The position numbers were made by a program, and so were the translations under genes. Source: an uncultured Chloroflexia bacterium (GTDB taxonomy: Bacteria > Chloroflexota > Limnocylindria > Limnocylindrales > CSP1-4). From it: a stretch of DNA of 64,000 nucleotides. The stretch covers positions 22,439-86,438 of the forward strand of contig CAWAKU010000022.1 in the NCBI GenBank assembly GCA_963782715.1, in the 5' to 3' direction. Shown piece by piece: positions 31,331-41,631 of the stretch (its first letter is position 1; the number at the start of each line of letters is the position of its first letter). A model generated the notes under the pieces. That model saw only the letters and a list, made by a program, of their open reading frames with translations. It did no database searches and was not told the DNA's origin.

Positions 31331-31599
31331 GGGCCGCCGGGGCCCGCTGAGCCTTATTGGTGCCTCGACGCAACGAGATAGCGCGCCAACCCCCCTGACA
31401 GGGGCCCAGGACTATTGTCTAGCGTCGAGTTCCGTGAATATCATCCGAAAGTACTTCTCTGGCCGATATCGTCGTCGGCCCAATTCCGGTCCCCTCGCCT
31501 ATCGCGAAGGTGGCAGGAGCATCGGCGTTTAGGGCTCCGTACCCGCGTCACCGATCGGTCGGCGGCGGCGGGTGGTTGCCGGACTCATGGGGGTTATGG

Positions 31600-32448
31600 G
31601 TGGATACTTCGACGGCGACGCCGGGGGGCGACGTTCGGGGTTCGGTGGGTGATCGGCTGCACACGTTCCGACGGGTCAGTGTCGTCATCCCGGCAAAGAA
31701 CGAGGAGCTCAACCTCGGCTGGGTGATGGGTCGGCTGCCAGCCGGTGTCGACGAGGTGATCGTCGTCGACGGCAACTCGACCGACCGGACGATCGAGGTC
31801 GCCCTGTCGATCAGGGCCGACACGGTCATCGTGGTGGACACGGTTCCGGGCAAGGGGGCGGCCCTGCGCGCCGGTTTCGCGGCGGCGACGGGCGACTACG
31901 TCGTCATGCTCGATGCCGACGGCAGCATGGATCCGCTCGAGATCGATCGGTTCGTCGAAGCCCTCGACGCCGGTCACGACCTGGCCAAGGGATCGCGCTT
32001 CATGCCGACCGCCGGGTCCGCCGATATCTCGTACCTGCGGCAGTTCGGGAATATCGCCTTGATGACGGTCGCGAACGTGCTGTTCCGGACACGCCAGACC
32101 GACCTGTGCTACGGCTATGCCGCGTTCCGACGTGAGGCGATCATCCCGCTCCGGCTCGACGCCGATGGCTTCGAGATCGAAAGCCAGCTGTTCCTGCGGG
32201 CCATCGCCAACGGCCTGGCCGTGATCGAGGTCCCGAGTTTCGAAGCACCGAGGCGGTCGGGCGCGTCGAACCTGAACACGTTCCGCGACGGCTGGCGCGT
32301 TCTCCGCTCGATCATGCGCGAGTGGCGACGGCCGCGGGTCCGGACCGCGCGCGCGCCGCGTCGCGAACAGGCCCCGTCGGAGGCGACCGCCCTGGCTGAG
32401 CTCGTCGCCAGCACGATGATGACGACGTCGATCGACTCGCTCGACTAG
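31600..32448 (+). CDS. GT2, polyprenyl-phosphate glycosyltransferase-like
   Basis: VVIPAKNE, VDGNSTD, MLDADGS, GFEIE, SNLNTFRDG. Start is uncertain. Confidence 0.9.
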   Translation: MDTSTATPGGDVRGSVGDRLHTFRRVSVVIPAKNEELNLGWVMGRLPAGVDEVIVVDGNSTDRTIEVALSIRADTVIVVDTVPGKGAALRAGFAAATGDYVVMLDADGSMDPLEIDRFVEALDAGHDLAKGSRFMPTAGSADISYLRQFGNIALMTVANVLFRTRQTDLCYGYAAFRREAIIPLRLDADGFEIESQLFLRAIANGLAVIEVPSFEAPRRSGASNLNTFRDGWRVLRSIMREWRRPRVRTARAPRREQAPSEATALAELVASTMMTTSIDSLD

Positions 32449-32473
32449 TCGTCCCGGTCGGCGCCGCCGGCCG

Positions 32474-33970
32474 TCAGCTCGGGTTCTCGATGGTGATCCA
32501 GTCGATCTGGATGTCCTCGGTGCCGCTCGTCCCGGACGGGCAGGATGACTGGCATTCCTGCTGCAGGACGGTGCGCTTGACCGTGTTCGGCATCGTGGTC
32601 GACGATCCGTTGTAGCTCCAGACCGGGCTGGACATGTCGTCGATGTATGCCTTGACGTCGTTGTTGAGGCGGGCGAACCGGACGGTGTGCCACTGGCTCA
32701 GGTCGATCGAGTAGTCGTGACCGACCTGCTTGTTGGCCGAGCTGTAGTGCAGGTAAGTCGAGCACCCGCTGATGGTCGAACCTTCGCAGTAGTCCTCTTC
32801 GCCGCCCTGCGGCCAGGCGGCCGTGTCGGGCCAGCGCATCGGGATGATGTGATGGCCCGCCACACCGTTGCGGACGATCCGGAAGCGGACGGTGACACGC
32901 TGGTCGACCGCGCCGTAGGCCTTGGCGATCTGCATGCCGGCCGTGTACCAGCCCGACCCGCAGGCGCCGCTGCTCTCGTGCTTCATCAGCATGTGCATGT
33001 AGCCACCCGAGACCGTCACATGATCGGGCGTCGCGCAGTTTCCGGGTCCCGAACCGTACGGACCGTCATACAGGCTCCAGTGCGACGGAACGCCGCCGGA
33101 GTTGAACTGGTCGTTGATGATCGTGGTCCAGCCCGACGACGGAGGCGGGGTCGGGGTGGCCGTCGGCTTCGGGGTCGGCGTCGGAGCGGGTGTCGGGACC
33201 GGCGTGGGAGCAGGGGTCGCGGTGGGGCGCGGCGTCGGTGTGGGCGTCGGTCGGGTCGTCGGCGTGGGCGTCCCGGTCGGGACCGAGGTCGGCGCAGGGG
33301 TCGGCGTCGGGCCGGCCGTCGGCTCGTCGGTCGGGGTCGGACCAGCGGTCGGCTGATCGGTCGGGGTCGAGTTCGCGGTCGGATCCGCGGTCGGGTCGGC
33401 CGTGGGATCCGTGGTCGGGACGGCGGTCGGGTCGAAGAACGCCGGTGTCGGTTCGACCGATGGGTCGGGGGTGGTCGCAGGCGGCACGAGCTGGGCGATG
33501 CCGGTCGGGTCGACCGATGGGGAGGTGGACGACGAGGGTGCCAGGACCTGGAGGGTGGCCCCGACGTTCACGACCGGCCCGGTCGCGGATCGCACGGTCA
33601 CCTTGTGGCTGCCGCCGCCCGTGAAGAAGGGGATGACGACCTTCACTCGGAACCGGCCCGATCGGCCGACCCTGTAGGAGCCGAGGACGGTCGTGCTGTC
33701 CCATTCGATGGTGCCGGTCTGGTTGATCTCGAACTTCGAACCCGAGACCGTGACCGATTGGCCCGGCGTCACGGCTGCGCTACTCACGGTGACGCTGGGG
33801 CCGGCGGCGTCCGTGGCCATGAACGGAAAGACGAGGGCAGGGACGAGGAGCAGGATCGGCAGCGTTGCCAGCCAGTCGCGCAGTCGGCGCGGGCCGGGGG
33901 TCGGGCCACCGGTGGTCGGCCGGACCTGGGGGGACCGGTCTCGCGGTTCGGCGATCTTGATGTTTCTCAC
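32474..33970 (-). CDS. Secreted GH16-like protein with an Ig-like domain and a PT-rich linker
   Basis: Signal peptide, (PT)n linker, WPQGGEEDYCE (ExDxxE), WHTVRF. Confidence 0.8.
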   Translation of the reverse strand: MRNIKIAEPRDRSPQVRPTTGGPTPGPRRLRDWLATLPILLLVPALVFPFMATDAAGPSVTVSSAAVTPGQSVTVSGSKFEINQTGTIEWDSTTVLGSYRVGRSGRFRVKVVIPFFTGGGSHKVTVRSATGPVVNVGATLQVLAPSSSTSPSVDPTGIAQLVPPATTPDPSVEPTPAFFDPTAVPTTDPTADPTADPTANSTPTDQPTAGPTPTDEPTAGPTPTPAPTSVPTGTPTPTTRPTPTPTPRPTATPAPTPVPTPAPTPTPKPTATPTPPPSSGWTTIINDQFNSGGVPSHWSLYDGPYGSGPGNCATPDHVTVSGGYMHMLMKHESSGACGSGWYTAGMQIAKAYGAVDQRVTVRFRIVRNGVAGHHIIPMRWPDTAAWPQGGEEDYCEGSTISGCSTYLHYSSANKQVGHDYSIDLSQWHTVRFARLNNDVKAYIDDMSSPVWSYNGSSTTMPNTVKRTVLQQECQSSCPSGTSGTEDIQIDWITIENPS

Positions 33971-34422
33971 GATCGAGCCCTTTCCGGCGTGCGCCGCGTC
34001 GCGCCGGGCGCTGATCCGTGCGCGGCGGCGTTGAACGGCCCGTCTGTTCCCGCGGTCCGCGCCAGGCGCCCGCCGGTTGCGTCGCCATCGGCCGACCTAT
34101 CTGGAGTCAGGTCGGCTCGTCTGCGTGGTCGCCGGTCCCGTCCCCGGCACCTCGACCCTCGAGCGACCTCGACTGGCGAGTTCGGGGTCGGCTGACCGAC
34201 CGTAAGTGGGGGTCGAGCGCGTGAAACTGGCTCGTTGGTCAGGGCGGACTGGGAGGGGCCGAAGGCGACCTCACTCGGTCCTAACCCTCCCGGGGGATGC
34301 CTAACCCCACCCGACCGATCGCGACCTCACCGGGCCGACGCTCGGAAGTACCGGCGACGTGCGAGACGCCGGTGCGCGGAGTCAACGGAATCGCCCCGAC
34401 AGCGGCCTGTGACCCGGCTGAC

Positions 34423-34450
34423 TTGACACCGAACGTCCGTTCGGTATCAT
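34423..34450 (+). promoter_or_regulatory. lexA promoter with a LexA box between -35 and -10
   Basis: TTGACA-CCGAACGTCCGTTCGG-TATCAT. Confidence 0.9.
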
Positions 34451-34470
34451 CAGGAGCCAAGGAGGCGCGA

Positions 34471-35121
34471 GTGACCAAACACGACGCCGAACGCAAGGTC
34501 AAGATCCTCGATTTCATCGCGGCGACGCTTCGCACCCGGGGCTATCCGCCGTCGGTCCGGGAGATCGCGCGCGCGGTCGGCCTCGCCTCGACCTCAGCCG
34601 TCCACCATCACCTGCAGATCCTCGAGCGAGATGGCTATCTCGAGCGCGGAGCCGCCCAGTCGCGGGCGATCCGGCTGACGCCGACCGCCGCGATCCAGCT
34701 CGGCCTGACCAGCGAGCTCGTCCCGCAGTCCACCGCGGGTGATGCGCGCGTCGTGCCGATCATCGGCGAGATCGCGGCCGGCGGACCGATCGAGGCATAC
34801 CAGGACGCGACGGAGACGATGGCCATCCCGGACATCCTCGCGCCGGGTGGCGACGCCTACGTCCTGCGCGTCCGGGGCGACTCGATGATCGAGGCCCACA
34901 TCGCGGACGGCGACTTCGTCCTGATCCGACCCCAGACCACCGCCCGGAACGGCGACATCGTGGTCGCCCAGGTGGAGGAGAACGCAGTCACGCTCAAGCG
35001 CTTCTTCAAGGAGAAGGACCAGATCCGGCTCCAGCCGGCGAATCCGGAGTATCCCCCGCAGTTCTACGACGACGTCCGTATCCAGGGCAAGCTCATCGGC
35101 GTCATCCGCCGCCTCGACTGA
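34471..35121 (+). CDS. lexA: SOS repressor LexA
   Basis: GYPPSVREI, cleavage site IAAG, GDSM (Ser), VTLK (Lys); AAGGAGG RBS. Confidence 0.96.
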   Translation: MTKHDAERKVKILDFIAATLRTRGYPPSVREIARAVGLASTSAVHHHLQILERDGYLERGAAQSRAIRLTPTAAIQLGLTSELVPQSTAGDARVVPIIGEIAAGGPIEAYQDATETMAIPDILAPGGDAYVLRVRGDSMIEAHIADGDFVLIRPQTTARNGDIVVAQVEENAVTLKRFFKEKDQIRLQPANPEYPPQFYDDVRIQGKLIGVIRRLD

Positions 35122-35291
35122 GGCGCCGATTCTCGGTCGGCCGAGCGTCTGAAGGGTTCTCCACACCCCGTCCACAGGGGAACTGGCGCCAGGGACAGGT
35201 CGTGGATGGAGTTGGGGGATAAGCCGCTTCACGTGGGTCGCTGGGACCGCGACAGTCTGTTGGCACACACCCTTGTCAACCTTGTGGAGCC

Positions 35292-36641
35292 ATGATCGAT
35301 CGTCTTCCGCCGCAGAGTCTCGAGGCTGAGCAGTCGGTGCTCGGGGCCATCCTCATCGACCGCGACGCGGTCATCGAGGTCGCTGAGTTCCTCCGGCCGG
35401 CCGACTTCTACCGCCAGGCGAATGGGCGCATCTACGCGGCGGTCCTCGACCTGTTCGAGCGGCGCGAGCCCATCGACATCGTGACCGTCGCAGAGACGCT
35501 CGAGCGCAAGGACGAGCTCGAGGCGATCGGCGGCCGCGCCTACCTCTCGAGCCTGTCGAACGAGACGCCGACGGCCGTCCACGTCGCCCAGTACGCCCGC
35601 ATCGTCGAGCGCAAGGCGGTCCTGCGAAACCTGATCGGGGCGGCCGGTCGCATCGCCGGCATCGGCTACGAGGACCCGGCCGAGGTCCAGGAGGCGATCG
35701 ATCGGGCGGAGGCGGAGCTCTTCGCGGTCAGCCAGAAGCGCGTCGACGCGGGCTTCAGCCCGCTCAAGTCGCTCCTCCACGATGCGTACGACCGGCTCGA
35801 CTACCTGCACGCCCACCGGGGCGAGATCAGCGGCGTCCGGACCGGTTTCCCTGACCTCGACGCGCTCACGACCGGGCTTCAGAAGAGCGACCTGATCGTC
35901 CTTGCCGCGCGGCCATCGGTCGGCAAGACGAGCTTCGCGCTCAACATCGCCGAGCACGCGGCGGTGCGGGAGAAGAAGAGCGTCGGCGTCTTCAGCCTCG
36001 AGATGAGCAAGGAGCAGCTCGTCCTGCGTCTGCTCTCCAGCGTCGCCAACATCGACTCGCAGCGCCTTCGGTCGGGCTTCCTCGAGGAGCTCGACTTCGC
36101 CCGGATCGCACCGGCGATGAATGCGCTCTCGGAGGCGCCGGTCTACATCGACGACACCCCGAACATCTCGGCGATGGAGCTCCGGACCAAGGCTCGCCGG
36201 CTCCAGGCTGAGGCCGGCCTGGACCTGGTCATCGTGGACTACCTGCAGCTGATGCAGGCGACGACCACCAACCGGGACGCCAACCGCGTCCAGGAGGTCT
36301 CGGAGATCTCGCGCGGCCTCAAGGCCCTCGCCCGCGAGCTCTCGATCCCGGTCATCGCGCTCTCCCAGCTCTCCCGCCAGCCCGAGATGCGCGAGTCCAA
36401 GGAACCGCGCCTCTCGGACCTCCGTGAGTCGGGCGCCATCGAGCAGGACGCCGACCTCGTCATGTTCCTGTGGCGCGACAAGGAACGTGGTCAGGACGAC
36501 CAGGAGCAGGACGGCGAGGTCATCAACCTCAAGCTCGCCAAGCACCGCAACGGCCCGACCGGCGAGATCCAGCTCTGGTTCAAGAAGAAGCAGACGCGGT
36601 TCGTGTCCTACGCCGCGGATCGCTACGCAGAAGCGGGCTAA
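35292..36641 (+). CDS. dnaB: Replicative DNA helicase
   Basis: EAEQSVLG, ARPSVGKT, VDYLQL, LSDLRESGAIEQDAD, KHRNGPTG. Confidence 0.97.
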   Translation: MIDRLPPQSLEAEQSVLGAILIDRDAVIEVAEFLRPADFYRQANGRIYAAVLDLFERREPIDIVTVAETLERKDELEAIGGRAYLSSLSNETPTAVHVAQYARIVERKAVLRNLIGAAGRIAGIGYEDPAEVQEAIDRAEAELFAVSQKRVDAGFSPLKSLLHDAYDRLDYLHAHRGEISGVRTGFPDLDALTTGLQKSDLIVLAARPSVGKTSFALNIAEHAAVREKKSVGVFSLEMSKEQLVLRLLSSVANIDSQRLRSGFLEELDFARIAPAMNALSEAPVYIDDTPNISAMELRTKARRLQAEAGLDLVIVDYLQLMQATTTNRDANRVQEVSEISRGLKALARELSIPVIALSQLSRQPEMRESKEPRLSDLRESGAIEQDADLVMFLWRDKERGQDDQEQDGEVINLKLAKHRNGPTGEIQLWFKKKQTRFVSYAADRYAEAG

Positions 36642-36883
36642 GCCTTGTCACCCGGGAGCAGTGGCCTGAGCGAGAACGAGTAGGCCTTGCCGTCGGGGCC
36701 GATCAGGCTCATGCCCTGGAAGCCACCTTCGGGAGCGTCGATGCCGAGTGCCGCGACCTGCTCGACGGTGAGCGTGTGGACGGGGAACTGGATCGCGTTC
36801 GGGTCGGCCGAGGCCGCGCTCGAGCAGGCCGCAACGATCAGGAGGAGGGTTGCCAGCGCCGCAGGACGCGCGGGGTCGGACAT
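36638..36883 (-). CDS. Small putative lipoprotein
   Basis: Hydrophobic signal ending in a lipobox-like IVAAC. Confidence 0.55.
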   Translation of the reverse strand: MSDPARPAALATLLLIVAACSSAASADPNAIQFPVHTLTVEQVAALGIDAPEGGFQGMSLIGPDGKAYSFSLRPLLPGDKA

Positions 36884-37107
36884 GGCCCCCGGACGCGCGG
36901 GTCCCGTGAACGGTCCCCGACCTCGATATTGGGTCTGGAATGGGGGTTGACGGCGCGCGTATCTTCTCCGCTATGAGTTCCGGGCCCCGAGCCCGGGCCG
37001 ACCGGGCGCGCACCCCTGAAAGCACGCCCGCCGCCGACCCGATCACCTACTCGGTGCCGCGGTCCTCGACCGTCATGGCGTCCCGAGCCGAGGAGGGTCT
37101 GGAGAGG

Positions 37108-37419
37108 GTGTACCAGGACCGCAGCCTGACCTGTCGCGACTGTACCGAGGAGTTCAGCTTCTCGGCCGGCGAGCAGGCCTTCTTTGCCAGCAAGGGGTTG
37201 ACCAACGACCCCCAACGGTGCCCGTCATGCCGGGCGGTCGCCAAGCGGGCCCGCTCGACCGAGGGTCCACGCGAGTTCCATGCCGCGATCTGCGGGGCCT
37301 GCGGGGGTCAGGCCGTCGTACCGTTCGCGCCGCGGAACGACCGACCCGTCTATTGCAGCTCCTGCTTCGACAAAGTCAGGGCCGGAACCCTGACTGCGAC
37401 GATCGGTGCGACCGCCTAG
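37108..37419 (+). CDS. Zinc-ribbon / CxxC-x17-CxxC domain protein
   Basis: LTCRDC...FSAGEQAFF...PQRCPSCR...CGACG...VPFAPRNDRPVYCSSCF. Confidence 0.9.
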   Translation: MYQDRSLTCRDCTEEFSFSAGEQAFFASKGLTNDPQRCPSCRAVAKRARSTEGPREFHAAICGACGGQAVVPFAPRNDRPVYCSSCFDKVRAGTLTATIGATA

Positions 37420-37472
37420 GATCGCGCTGCGAACCGCCCATCGGCGGCCCAACGCCGAATTCCCTGAGCAGC

Positions 37473-37506
37473 CACGAGGCCGGCCCGGAAACGGGTCGGC
37501 CTCGTG
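37473..37506 (+). terminator. 15-bp GAAA-loop hairpin, probable terminator
   Basis: CACGAGGCCGGCCCG-GAAA-CGGGTCGGCCTCGTG with one G-U pair; weak U tract. Confidence 0.6.
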
Positions 37507-37540
37507 TCATCATTCGGGCCTGTTCGCAGAGGAGGACCCG

Positions 37541-37744
37541 ATGGGCGTCATCATCATCCGGGAGATGGTCGGCACCAGCCCGCGCTCGTGGAGCGATGCG
37601 GCCCGACAGGCCGTCGCCACCGCGTCGAAGACCGTCCGCAACATCCAGACCGTCGAGGTCGTGAAGTCGTGGGCGATGGTCGAGGACGGCGAGATCGTCG
37701 AGTACCGCGTCGAGGTCAAGATCGGCTTCGAGTACGAGGCCTGA
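37541..37744 (+). CDS. Dodecin family protein
   Basis: EMVGTSPRSWSDAA...KTVRNI...EYRVEVKIGF; GGAGG RBS. Confidence 0.88.
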   Translation: MGVIIIREMVGTSPRSWSDAARQAVATASKTVRNIQTVEVVKSWAMVEDGEIVEYRVEVKIGFEYEA

Positions 37745-37967
37745 CGACCCGCGCTCGCAGCTAATCGGGAGGTGAGTGGCTCGCGCCATGATGGCGCGCA
37801 TGCCAGCACACGAAACCTCCGTTGACACCTCCCGGAGCGAGTCCGTATCGTTCGCGCCGCCTCACCCGATGTGGCCCGCGCCACGGACCGACCGATGGGC
37901 ACCGGTCGCCGTCGGCCCAGGGCGCCCAACCGTCGGGTCGGCAAGCCATGGAGCGCTCGGCGACGGT

Positions 37968-40900
37968 ATGACCGGGTACCCGATCCAGCCCGCGAAGGTC
38001 CAGGGTCCGCTCCTGCGCGACGAGACCCTGGCCCGGCACCGGCTCCTCGACTGGCTTGCGGCCAAGATCCACCATCGGGTCATCCTCGTCCTGGCGGACG
38101 CGGGCTACGGCAAGACGACGCTCCTGGCCGACTTCTCGCGGCGCACCCGAGTCCGCACGGTCTGGTATCGCCTCGATGACGACGACCGCGACTGGATCTC
38201 GTTCCTGAGCCACCTCGTCGCCGCGGGCCGGGTGCACGATCCCGCGTTCGCCCCGAACACGGCCGCGCTGCTCAGCGACCTCGCCATGGGCGGTCCGACC
38301 CGCGAGGCGGCGACGGAGGTGTTCCTCCGCGAGCTGCCCGCGATCGCCGAGCGTGGGGCGATGCTCATCCTTGACGACTTCCACCTCGTCGACGAATCGC
38401 CGGATGTCCGTGCCATCGTCCGGGAACTCGTCGCGGCCGCACCTGAGCGCCTGTCGATCGTGTTCGCGAGCCGACGCAGTCCGTCCATTCCCCTGGCGCG
38501 CCTGCGCTCGGCCGGCGAGGTCGCCGAACTCGGGACCGACGACCTGCGCTTTGACGCGGCCGAGACGGCGAGCCTGTTCGCCGAGACCTACGGCCGCGCG
38601 CTCGAACCCGACGTCCTCGCCGATGTCGCAGCCAAGACCGAGGGATGGGCCGCATCGCTCCAACTCGTCCAGGCTGCCCTGCGCGACCGAACCCCCGCCC
38701 AGATCCGTCAGTTCGTCCGGGGCCTCAGCGGGGCCGACCAGGAGCTCTATGACTACCTCGCGGAAGAGGTCGTCGGTGACCTCCCGGAGGAACTGCAGCA
38801 GTTCCTGATGCGGACATCGATCCTGCAGGTGGTGACCGCGGACCTCGCGCAGGTCGTGACGGACCTCGACCGCGCCGGCGTCGCCGCGATGACCAGCGCA
38901 GCCGAACGGCTGACGCTGCTCGGTCGTCCGTCGCGGTCCGGCAAGGGGTCGCAGCGCTACCACCCCCTGGTGCGCCAGTTCCTCGAAGCACGTCTCCTGA
39001 CCGCGACCGGCGCAGACCGGGTGGCTGAACTCCATCGCCGAGCCGCCGTCGCAGCGGCTGTCGATTGGCGAATGGCCGCCTACCACTACCGGCAGGCGGG
39101 CGACGCAGCATCCGTGGCGTCGACGATCGCCACGGCCATCCCAGAGATCATGGGCGGCGGCCAACACGCCGCAGCGATCGAAGAGATCGACCGGCTTCCG
39201 GTCGGCGTGCGGCTGCCTGTCCTGGACCTCGTTGTTTCACGAGTCAAGTTCCAACGGCGCGACTATTCGTCCGCAATTGGACTCTCGCGCGCAGTTCTTG
39301 AGACCGTTGAGCCCGGTACTCAGGAAAGTGATTTCGCGCTCCTCAACTTGATCACGCTCTACATCGAATCTGGCAAATCGGTCGAAGCTGTCGAGATGAC
39401 CCGCCGACTCGACTTGACAACGTCCGATGACCAGCTTCGCCAGATTGCCATCGCGGCCGCATTGATGATTGAGGCAACCGGCTCCGGCAGCCTCGATGAA
39501 GTGGTTCGCCATCTAGCGTCTATGGCGGAGCGTCAACGAGGGATTCACTCTCACTACTACGGCGTAACAATGCTCAATCTGGCCCTCATTGCCGTCCATC
39601 AGGACCGGCCTGATATCGGTGTTGAGCACGCCCGTGAGGCTATTCAGTCACTGGAGGGCACGTCATCGCGGATCGAGCTTTCGGCGGCCTTCATGGCACT
39701 CGCCCACCCTTTAGCCCTTCTTGGAAAGGCATCTGAAGCTCAACAGGCCATCGATCGTGCCGTAAGCCTGGACGAGGCGGAGGCGCTCAGTGAAGAGGGC
39801 GACCTCGCAGATTCCTACCTCGATCCAGGTTCGGCATGGCCAATCATCGCCTCGCTCGACGACAGCTTGGAATCCGCGGCGAAGGAGAGATACGCGATCC
39901 AGTCAGCCGTCTTCCACGCGCGACGAGCTCAATTTGACGAGGCACAGGAACTCCTGCCGAGGTCACCGGCGCGCGAAGGCGTCCTCATGGGGACGGCGAC
40001 CATCATGCGGGTGGCAATCGCATACGTCGCCGTCGCTTCGGGCTCGGCCAGGGGAGCCGAACATGCTCGCGAGGCTAGGCGAGCCGCAAGAGCCCAGGGG
40101 GCGATCCGTTGGCGACGAACCGCGGAACTGCTCGAGGCGTGTGCCGAATCTCCCCAAGCCCTTGGCAAGTTGATCCCCGCGGTCGCGCGCACGTCGCCCT
40201 GGAACTTGACATACATCTCAGATCTCATTGCCGCGCGGCTAGATGACCTGGACGAATCGACATTTCCCCTGCTCACGCGGGTCGCGAATATGCATCCGGG
40301 CCGTTGGCGGTTCGCTCTTAGGGACTGTGTTTCCAATGCGCGCCCCGGGGAAGGCCTGGTGGCGGCTCGCCTTCTCGAGGACATCGGCGAGACATCCGAT
40401 ATCGGCAGGCTCCGTGCATACGCCCGCGGCCAGAAGCGTCTGCCCGGCGCCTCGAGACTTGGTCGGTCGCTGGCTCGCCGGTTGGCGGACAGAGCCACCA
40501 TTGAAGACCAGGGCCGAGTCATGGTTGTCGTGGGGGATCGGCAGGTTCCTGGGTCGACGATTCGTCGAAAGGTCCTTGCCCTAATGTGCTTTCTTCTCAC
40601 GCGACCAGCAATGGCTAGCACGCGCGACCAGGTCCTCGACGCTTTGTGGCCAGAACTTGATCCGCTGGACGCTTTGAACTCGCTCAACCAGACCGTCTAC
40701 TTCCTCAGGCGAGTCCTCGAGGAACCCTACGTGGACGACTTGTCGCCGGGCTATGTCCACCACGATTCCGACCTAATCTGGCTAGACGAAGACCTGGTTA
40801 CGAGTCGAAGCAATGAATGCCGGCTCCTCATCAAGGGCCTCCCGATCAATCCACGTCCGGACGACGTCGACGCCTTGGTCGATCGATACCAAGGACGCTT

Positions 40901-41203
40901 CGCTCTCGATTTCGAATACGAGGAATGGGCTGCGCCGTATCGCGATTGGCTCCATGCGTCTTATCTCGAGGTGGTCGAACGAGCGGTGACGACGATCTCG
41001 AGACCGGACACTTCGAACGTGGGATCCGATTGGCGAGGCGGGTCCTGGATGTCGACCCAGGAGCGGAGCATGTCGAGGTCTCACTCCTGCGGCTTTACCG
41101 CGCGAGCGGGGCACATGCAGCGGCCGCCGAGCAATACGCACACTACGCGAGCGCCATGCGCGAGCAGCTCGGGGTCGAACCCCCTCCACTCGAGAGCCTG
41201 TAG
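37968..41203 (+). CDS. MalT-like STAND ATPase with a TPR-like region and C-terminal wHTH/BTAD (SARP) domains; apparent frameshift near 40995
   Basis: Walker A ADAGYGKTT, Walker B LILDDFH, TEGWAASL, YDYLAEEV, RYHPL; RDQVLDALWP...LNQTVYFLRR; BTAD end in ORF 40817..41203. Confidence 0.88.
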
Positions 41204-41222
41204 GGATAGGTAAGGTGCCGTA

Positions 41223-41252
41223 TTGACCGGTTTAGTCCGGCCTCCCTATAGT
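41223..41252 (+). promoter_or_regulatory. Sigma70-like promoter
   Basis: TTGACC, 18 nt spacer, TATAGT, directly upstream of the riboswitch-like leader. Confidence 0.6.
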
Positions 41253-41280
41253 CCCGGAACTTCGTAGTACCCCAGTACTA

Positions 41281-41368
41281 GGAAGCAACGTTAAGACGCT
41301 CGGACGCGCAGAAGCTCCACCTGAAATGGGCACTTAGGGTGGAGCCGAGCGACTAGTGCAACCGACCG
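41281..41368 (+). ncRNA. c-di-GMP-II-like riboswitch aptamer
   Basis: Stem GCTCCACC/GGTGGAGC closes a loop containing TGGGCACTT; pseudoknot partner AGTGC is followed by AACCGACC. These are the class-II conserved blocks. An HD-GYP gene lies downstream. Confidence 0.7.
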
Positions 41369-41390
41369 ACTAACTAGTCTGGTCGGTTTT
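41360..41390 (+). terminator. Intrinsic terminator overlapping the aptamer 3' end
   Basis: AACCGACC-GACT-AACT-AGTC-T-GGTCGGTT followed by TT. Confidence 0.7.
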
Positions 41391-41429
41391 CGTGTTTGAG
41401 ACACGGGAGCCGCGAAATGGAGGACGAGC

Positions 41430-41557
41430 GTGAAGCCTGAAGCACGATCACAAGGGCTGGTAGGCCATGAAAGGCCGATCATGCGCATCCTGGTCACGAT
41501 CAGTCGAGTGTGGCGATGCTTGTGCTGGCCGGTGGAGCTTCGCTTCGGGGTTTCTAG
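41430..41557 (+). CDS. Putative signalling micropeptide precursor (...MRILVTIS/SSVAMLVLAGGASLRGF*); requires correcting one indel near 41503
   Basis: GGAGGA RBS then GTG 41430, with in-frame ATG 41481. The -1 frame from 41504 reads SSVAMLVLAGGASLRGF-TAG. The start is uncertain. Confidence 0.55.
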
Positions 41558-41631
41558 TACGTTGGGCATCTCTCGTTCGGACGAGCCAGCAGGTAGAGTC
41601 TGCGCGAGGGTGGTTCGACGAACGGCCGCTC

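Noticed and set aside
33150-33440. Short tandem repeats
   Set aside because: Ordinary Pro-Thr linker of a secreted glycoside hydrolase.
34040-34210. Possible c-di-AMP or c-di-GMP riboswitch upstream of the GH16 gene
   Set aside because: Only short partial resemblances; conserved blocks and pseudoknot pairing are missing.
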